Assembly (NCBI GenBank): GCA_038065455.1
Contig: JBBTQX010000008.1
Location: 1 to 64,000, forward strand
DNA length: 64,000 bases
Reading direction: 5' to 3'
Origin: Patescibacteria group bacterium
Lineage (GTDB): Bacteria > Patescibacteriota > Minisyncoccia > UBA6257 > GWB1-50-10
This document shows positions 59,927-64,000 of the stretch, piece after piece. The first letter of the stretch is position 1; each line of letters begins with the position of its first letter. The notes beneath the pieces were generated by a model. The model was given only the letters and a program-made list of their open reading frames with translations, had not been told where the DNA came from and made no database searches. Position numbers and translations under genes: made by a program.

Positions 59927-60172
59927 TCACTTCGGATGCGTTCTGATATCAAGGAGAATATAAGTATTACCTTCAATTAAAAAATAAAAGCGGATATTTC
60001 TATCTACTCTGGCCTGCCAAATCCCGCGGGCCTCTTCGTATTTCTTTGCGCGCAGAGAAGGGTGCCGCAAATCCCGAAGAAGAAAACTAACTTGTTTATA
60101 GAATTTATTTCTAACTTCCGGAGAAAACTTTTTCAAGCTCTCCTTAAATCCGATATAATACCAAACGATCAT
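59927..60172 (-). CDS. RelE/ParE family toxin
   Basis: HPSLRAKK, WQARVD..IRFYF. Confidence 0.8.
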   Translation of the reverse strand: MIVWYYIGFKESLKKFSPEVRNKFYKQVSFLLRDLRHPSLRAKKYEEARGIWQARVDRNIRFYFLIEGNTYILLDIRTHPK

Positions 60173-60384
60173 TACCTCTCTAATGAGTATCTAAGAGCTT
60201 TTACGGAAGAAAATGGCCCTTTTATCTTCTCTTTCTTTACTTCTCTGATCACCTTATCCAAATCAACGTCTAATTTTGTATATTTTTTTTTCACTACACG
60301 CAAAAACCGCTCATACTCTTTACGAGGAATAGCCACAAGCTCTTCGCCTTTGGTTATTTTTTGAGGAATAGTAATAGTAGTCAT
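60172..60384 (-). CDS. Putative antitoxin
   Basis: ELVAIPRKEYE, GPFSS; coupled to toxin. Confidence 0.7.
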   Translation of the reverse strand: MTTITIPQKITKGEELVAIPRKEYERFLRVVKKKYTKLDVDLDKVIREVKKEKIKGPFSSVKALRYSLER

Positions 60385-60440
60385 GCATTTACCTTACCAT
60401 GGTCAAACAAACGAAATCAAACTGTCAAAAGGAGGGCGGA

Positions 60441-60473
60441 TTCACAAAAAACACCGTCACCCCGAAACAAAAG
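60441..60473. repeat. 33-bp direct repeat copy 1
   Basis: 31/33 identical to 62552-62584. Confidence 0.8.
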
Positions 60474-60505
60474 CGCAGAAAATTATCTCTCATCTTCATT
60501 TATTA

Positions 60506-61618
60506 TGCATAAGGCCACATACATATTGCACTCGGTGAAGCCAGCGCTTCACCATGAAAATCCATTGTAAATATGCCGGCATCAAGGGGAGTATGACTGT
60601 CTATCGGGACGCGCTACGCTACCGGTATATGATCCGACCCCAAGCGTTGCGGAAGGCAAAAATCCTCGCCTTCGCTGAAAAGCACGGCACCTTGACTGCG
60701 CTCGAGGCCTTTGAGGTGAAGCGGCGCACGTTCTTTGACTGGAAAAAGAAGTGGGTAGCGGGCGGGAAGATTCCCGAGACACTCAACGGGAAATCACGGG
60801 CGCCGAGGACAAAACGGAAGCGCCGGTGGTCCGATGAGGTGATTGCCGAGATCAAGCGGCAGCGCTGGGAGCATCCCAATCTCGGCAAGGATAAACTGCA
60901 TCCGCTTCTTGCCGAATTCTGCGCCGAGAAGAAGCTGGCTTGCCCTCAGTCAAAGACCATCGGACGGTTGATCGCGGATCTGGGCGGATTGCGGATGCAC
61001 CCCAAAAAGATCTCGCACTTCGGAAAAATCAAGATCGCCAACCGTCAAAAAGTGTTGAGAAAACCTATGGATTTCAAGGCCGAGTATCCTGGCCACTGCG
61101 TGGCCCTGGACACCATTGAGAAGCACGTTGGGGGCAGACGCTATTACGTGATCACGTTTGAAGACCTGTTTACACGATTTTGCTTCGCCTGGGAAACGAC
61201 CTCGCACGCATCGCTTGCGGCAAAAGAGTTTTTTACGCTTTGCCTTAAGGTTTTTCCGTTCCCGATTTCTTTTGTCCTTACGGACAACGGCAGCGAGTTC
61301 ATGAAACACTTTGACGCAGAGCTCCGCCGGCTCCACCTCGTCCATTATCATACTTATCCGAAGACGCCAAAGATGAATGTGCACATGGAGCGGTTCAATC
61401 GCACCGTCCAAGACGAGTTTGTGGATTATCACACAGCTGATCTGCAAACGCCGGATGCGTTCAACCGCAAGCTCGTGGACTATCTCGTCTGGTACAATAC
61501 GAAGCGTGTGCACTATGCTTTCAAAAACAAATTATCACCCGTGCAGTTCATGCTACAATTACCACAACTAGCAGTCGCAAAAATGCCCACCGAGTGCAAA
61601 AGTGGGTGGCCTCATACA
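60506..61618 (+). mobile_element. IS481-like insertion sequence
   Basis: ~31-bp imperfect TIRs (TGCATAAGGCCAC...TTGCACTCGGTG / CACCGAGTGCAA...GTGGCCTCATACA), 5-bp TSD TATTA. Confidence 0.85.
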
Positions 61619-61693
61619 TATTATAGCAAAATGACCAAATTTATGGTAAAATTAAAGTATGGAGAAATATTTTTGGGATACGAATCCCGATAA
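60554..61693 (+). CDS. IS481-like DDE transposase (rve integrase core)
   Basis: VALDT, LTDNGSEF, ERFNRT, YNTKRVH; reads through the right TIR. Confidence 0.9.
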   Translation: MKIHCKYAGIKGSMTVYRDALRYRYMIRPQALRKAKILAFAEKHGTLTALEAFEVKRRTFFDWKKKWVAGGKIPETLNGKSRAPRTKRKRRWSDEVIAEIKRQRWEHPNLGKDKLHPLLAEFCAEKKLACPQSKTIGRLIADLGGLRMHPKKISHFGKIKIANRQKVLRKPMDFKAEYPGHCVALDTIEKHVGGRRYYVITFEDLFTRFCFAWETTSHASLAAKEFFTLCLKVFPFPISFVLTDNGSEFMKHFDAELRRLHLVHYHTYPKTPKMNVHMERFNRTVQDEFVDYHTADLQTPDAFNRKLVDYLVWYNTKRVHYAFKNKLSPVQFMLQLPQLAVAKMPTECKSGWPHTYYSKMTKFMVKLKYGEIFLGYESR

Positions 61694-61874
61694 ATTGGAT
61701 TTTAAAACAAATAAAAAATATATTATAGAACGTATCCTGGAAATGGGCGACGAAGAGGCGGTTCGTCGGCTTTTCGGCATATTTTCAAAAAAAGATATCC
61801 TTGAAGTTGTTGGGAACAACCGCCGAATTTCCCCAAAAAGCGCTAATTATTGGAGGTTGTTGCTAACTCGCTAA
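61659..61874 (+). CDS. DUF6922-like antitoxin
   Basis: YFWD...LD......IIERILE.G. Confidence 0.75.
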   Translation: MEKYFWDTNPDKLDFKTNKKYIIERILEMGDEEAVRRLFGIFSKKDILEVVGNNRRISPKSANYWRLLLTR

Positions 61875-61886
61875 CCCCGCACAAAA

Positions 61887-62513
61887 ATGGACTTCCATAA
61901 AGAAATTCTTCCGGCTGGCACGTTGGAAACATTTTCTAAATTGTCCCATTCTTCCTTGATTGGAAATTTCTATTTAGCCGGCGGGACGGGTCTGGCGCTT
62001 CAACTGGGACACCGTTTTTCAAACGATCTGGATTTTTTTACGCCTAAAAAATTCAACGAGGAAACAACGCTTCAGGAAATAATTTCTTTGGGAAAATTAA
62101 GACTTGAAAAGAAAGAAGCACAAGCCATTGTGTGCCAATTAGATGAAACGAAACTGTCGTTTTTGGGATATGGATATCCCCTACTTGAACCGCTTAAACA
62201 TTTTGACGGCATATCTGTGGCTGAAATATCTGATATCGCCTGTATGAAAATTGACGCCATCGCCAGTCGGGGAACAAAGAGAGATTTTATTGATGTGTAC
62301 TTCGTTATGAAAGAGATAATGCCACTCAATGAGATACTGGCTAATTTCAAAAAAAAATATGCTAAGTTGAATTATAATACCGTGCATATCAAAAAAAGTT
62401 TGGTATATTTCAACGACGCAGAAAATGACGCAATGCCGCGGATGATAAAGCCGGTCTACTGGGAGAAAGTGAAAGAAACATTCGAAAGCGAGGTAAAAAA
62501 ACTCGGACTATAG
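61887..62513 (+). CDS. AbiEii/AbiGii-family nucleotidyltransferase toxin
   Basis: YLAGGTGLAL.LGHR.S.DLDFF, MK..AI..RG..RDF.D. Confidence 0.88.
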   Translation: MDFHKEILPAGTLETFSKLSHSSLIGNFYLAGGTGLALQLGHRFSNDLDFFTPKKFNEETTLQEIISLGKLRLEKKEAQAIVCQLDETKLSFLGYGYPLLEPLKHFDGISVAEISDIACMKIDAIASRGTKRDFIDVYFVMKEIMPLNEILANFKKKYAKLNYNTVHIKKSLVYFNDAENDAMPRMIKPVYWEKVKETFESEVKKLGL

Positions 62514-62551
62514 ACTTTTCGTATCATTTTAATTCAAGATTTAGGGATGGG

Positions 62552-62584
62552 TTCACAGAAAACACCGTCACTCCGAAACAAAAG
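62552..62584. repeat. 33-bp direct repeat copy 2
   Basis: 31/33 identical to 60441-60473. Confidence 0.8.
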
Positions 62585-62599
62585 TGGAAAAGGTTTTTC

Positions 62600-62703
62600 C
62601 TCACCTGATAATATTATCGGCTCCGGATCGCTTTCGGCATCTTCAAAATAAACCAAGCTTTTCAGAATATGACGGTAGTCATGAGCAATATATCAAAATA
62701 CAA
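62600..62703 (-). pseudogene. Internally deleted AbiEii-like toxin remnant
   Basis: LYFDIL start stub joined out of frame to HILKSLVYFEDAESDPEP (compare HIKKSLVYFNDAENDAMP). Confidence 0.65.
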
Positions 62704-62705
62704 GC

Positions 62706-62936
62706 TCAATTTGCCCTTAGAATTAGGGTCCATAGGTTTTTAGTATCGGGTCTTAAACACCTTGACTTGGAGATTATCTTCCGAAGCAACGTTTTATCAT
62801 AAAAATCCAGAACCCAGCGGGCTTCTTGATCATTGCCGAAATCGGCGATGCGTTCAATAACGTATTGAGCGTTCTTTTTCAGGTCTATTTTTTGGGGATC
62901 AGTGTCCCAAAATAACGCCTGCCTTAGCTTTATCAC
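62706..62936 (-). CDS. DUF6922-like antitoxin (orphan)
   Basis: LFWDTDP..ID......VIERIADFG. Confidence 0.75.
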   Translation of the reverse strand: MIKLRQALFWDTDPQKIDLKKNAQYVIERIADFGNDQEARWVLDFYDKTLLRKIISKSRCLRPDTKNLWTLILRAN

Positions 62937-62976
62937 CCTCTAACTATACCAGAATTCGCCAAATCCTGCCACCGGC

Positions 62977-63033
62977 GCCGTTTCTCAAAAACGAGAGGAA
63001 AACCGATTGTTGGAATTTGGTCAAATTAGCCAC
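62977..63033 (-). pseudogene. 5' stub of a second Fic gene
   Basis: VANLTKFQQSVFLSFLRNG versus MDKLTKNQQLIILLFLKNG; same operator upstream. Confidence 0.6.
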
Positions 63034-63123
63034 TCTATTTTCGTATCTTTTTGACTAAATAATCGTATCATATTGATACGATTATTCAAGATGACCGAAT
63101 CAATATGATAAATCAAACGCTGA

Positions 63124-63363
63124 TCAGCGGTAGGTTTTTTCGGCTCTCCGCTCTACGGCCAGAATAAAAACGTCGCCGTTCCCTAGAATACGAAAGATTA
63201 TCCGCATACTGCCTTTTCGTATTCTGAATATGTCTCCTCCGCCCCGTAATTTCTTCAGATCCAAGCCTAGAAATTTCCCTTGTTGAATCTTATTAAGAAG
63301 TTTTTTTAGCTTCTCGCGTTCTTTTACCGTGAGTTTCCCGAGCTCCTTAGCTATCCGATCCAT
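63124..63363 (-). CDS. RelE family toxin
   Basis: KKLRG...FRIRKG.MRIIF. Confidence 0.85.
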   Translation of the reverse strand: MDRIAKELGKLTVKEREKLKKLLNKIQQGKFLGLDLKKLRGGGDIFRIRKGSMRIIFRILGNGDVFILAVERRAEKTYR

Positions 63364-63370
63364 CTTGGTT

Positions 63371-63586
63371 TTACAACCTGGAGAGTAAATCCCTTATCTT
63401 TACACCCCCCCTCTTTATCCGCATAAAATCAGCCGCCTTTTCCCACCCCATTTCTTCATCTATTGAAGAGACACGAAACATTGGTTTGGAGCGGCGCACC
63501 ACTATAACCGGCGTTCCGGCCCGGGCCGCACGGGCGTATTTTTCCACGTTCATTCTAAACTCTTTTAACCCGACAATATTTTCCAT
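63371..63586 (-). CDS. Phd/YefM-like antitoxin
   Basis: VGLKEFR.N..KY....G....V.RRSKP. Confidence 0.75.
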   Translation of the reverse strand: MENIVGLKEFRMNVEKYARAARAGTPVIVVRRSKPMFRVSSIDEEMGWEKAADFMRIKRGGVKIRDLLSRL

Positions 63587-63652
63587 ACCTATAAGTTAAT
63601 CTAAAGGTAAACCAAAGTCAATCCTTCAAGAATTAGCCGTGGAATAATGGAT

Positions 63653-63692
63653 TACACACAGTTATCTCGCTATGGCGAGATAACTGTGTGTA
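63653..63692. repeat. 18-bp-stem hairpin
   Basis: TACACACAGTTATCTCGC-TATG-GCGAGATAACTGTGTGTA. Confidence 0.8.
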
Positions 63693-63765
63693 GGAATTTC
63701 AATAAGAACATTCTCCATTTCAATCCGTGCCACTGCCGCCTAAAATGGGAGATGTAATTGATAAA

Positions 63766-63805
63766 TCACTACCCTATATACACGATCGTGTATATAGGGT
63801 AGTGA
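63766..63805. repeat. Perfect 40-bp palindrome
   Basis: TCACTACCCTATATACACGA|TCGTGTATATAGGGTAGTGA. Confidence 0.85.
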
Positions 63806-64000
63806 AAATTTAAATGATTGAAATAAGATACCTCAAAGTAATTGAGTGATGGCTGAAAGAGAGGGATGATAATTCGGAGAGAATAGAAAAAATTACTTTA
63901 GAATAATATCTATCGGAGTTCAACTTCGTAAGATTTATAGATTAACTAAAAAGAGTCCGGGGCAAGACCGGTATGTTTTGCGATGCGGGCGAGCATTCGT

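Noticed and set aside
56755-63586. Classical integron array
   Set aside because: No tyrosine integrase in the window and no RYYYAAC...GTTRRRY attC pattern recognised between genes.

Overview
Bacterial chromosomal window, most likely Patescibacteria/CPR (Parcubacteria-like; inferred from the type IV pilus/competence cluster, class II RNR, WxxxxGW-repeat secreted proteins and few Shine-Dalgarno sites). TGA acts as stop (code 11). Bases 1-9.5 kb are a defence island: type I R-M (hsdR partial, hsdM, hsdS) interleaved with DUF3800, two NYN nucleases and KTSC. Bases 9.5-56.7 kb are core genes (nrdJ, ftsZ/A, hisS-like, lepB, pth, cysS, dnaB, recR, rplU, cca, recG, monomeric pheS, gatAC, ligA, pil cluster, comF) and seven tRNAs. 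One tRNA (initiator-type Met) is split by a 722-nt group I intron carrying an antisense LAGLIDADG-like ORF. Bases 56.7-63.6 kb are a dense toxin-antitoxin cluster with an IS481-like element and pseudogene stubs. Most notable: (1) a ~280-bp element containing only a GIY-YIG nuclease between 15-bp inverted repeats at the dnaB/recR junction, whose short non-autonomous relatives sit in frame inside hsdS and a pilin gene; (2) two nuclease genes (DUF3800, NYN), each facing a predicted convergent small RNA; (3) the tRNA intron with an antisense endonuclease; (4) a TrpR-like gene bracketed by direct copies of a palindrome. All calls are from reading the sequence; no searches were run.
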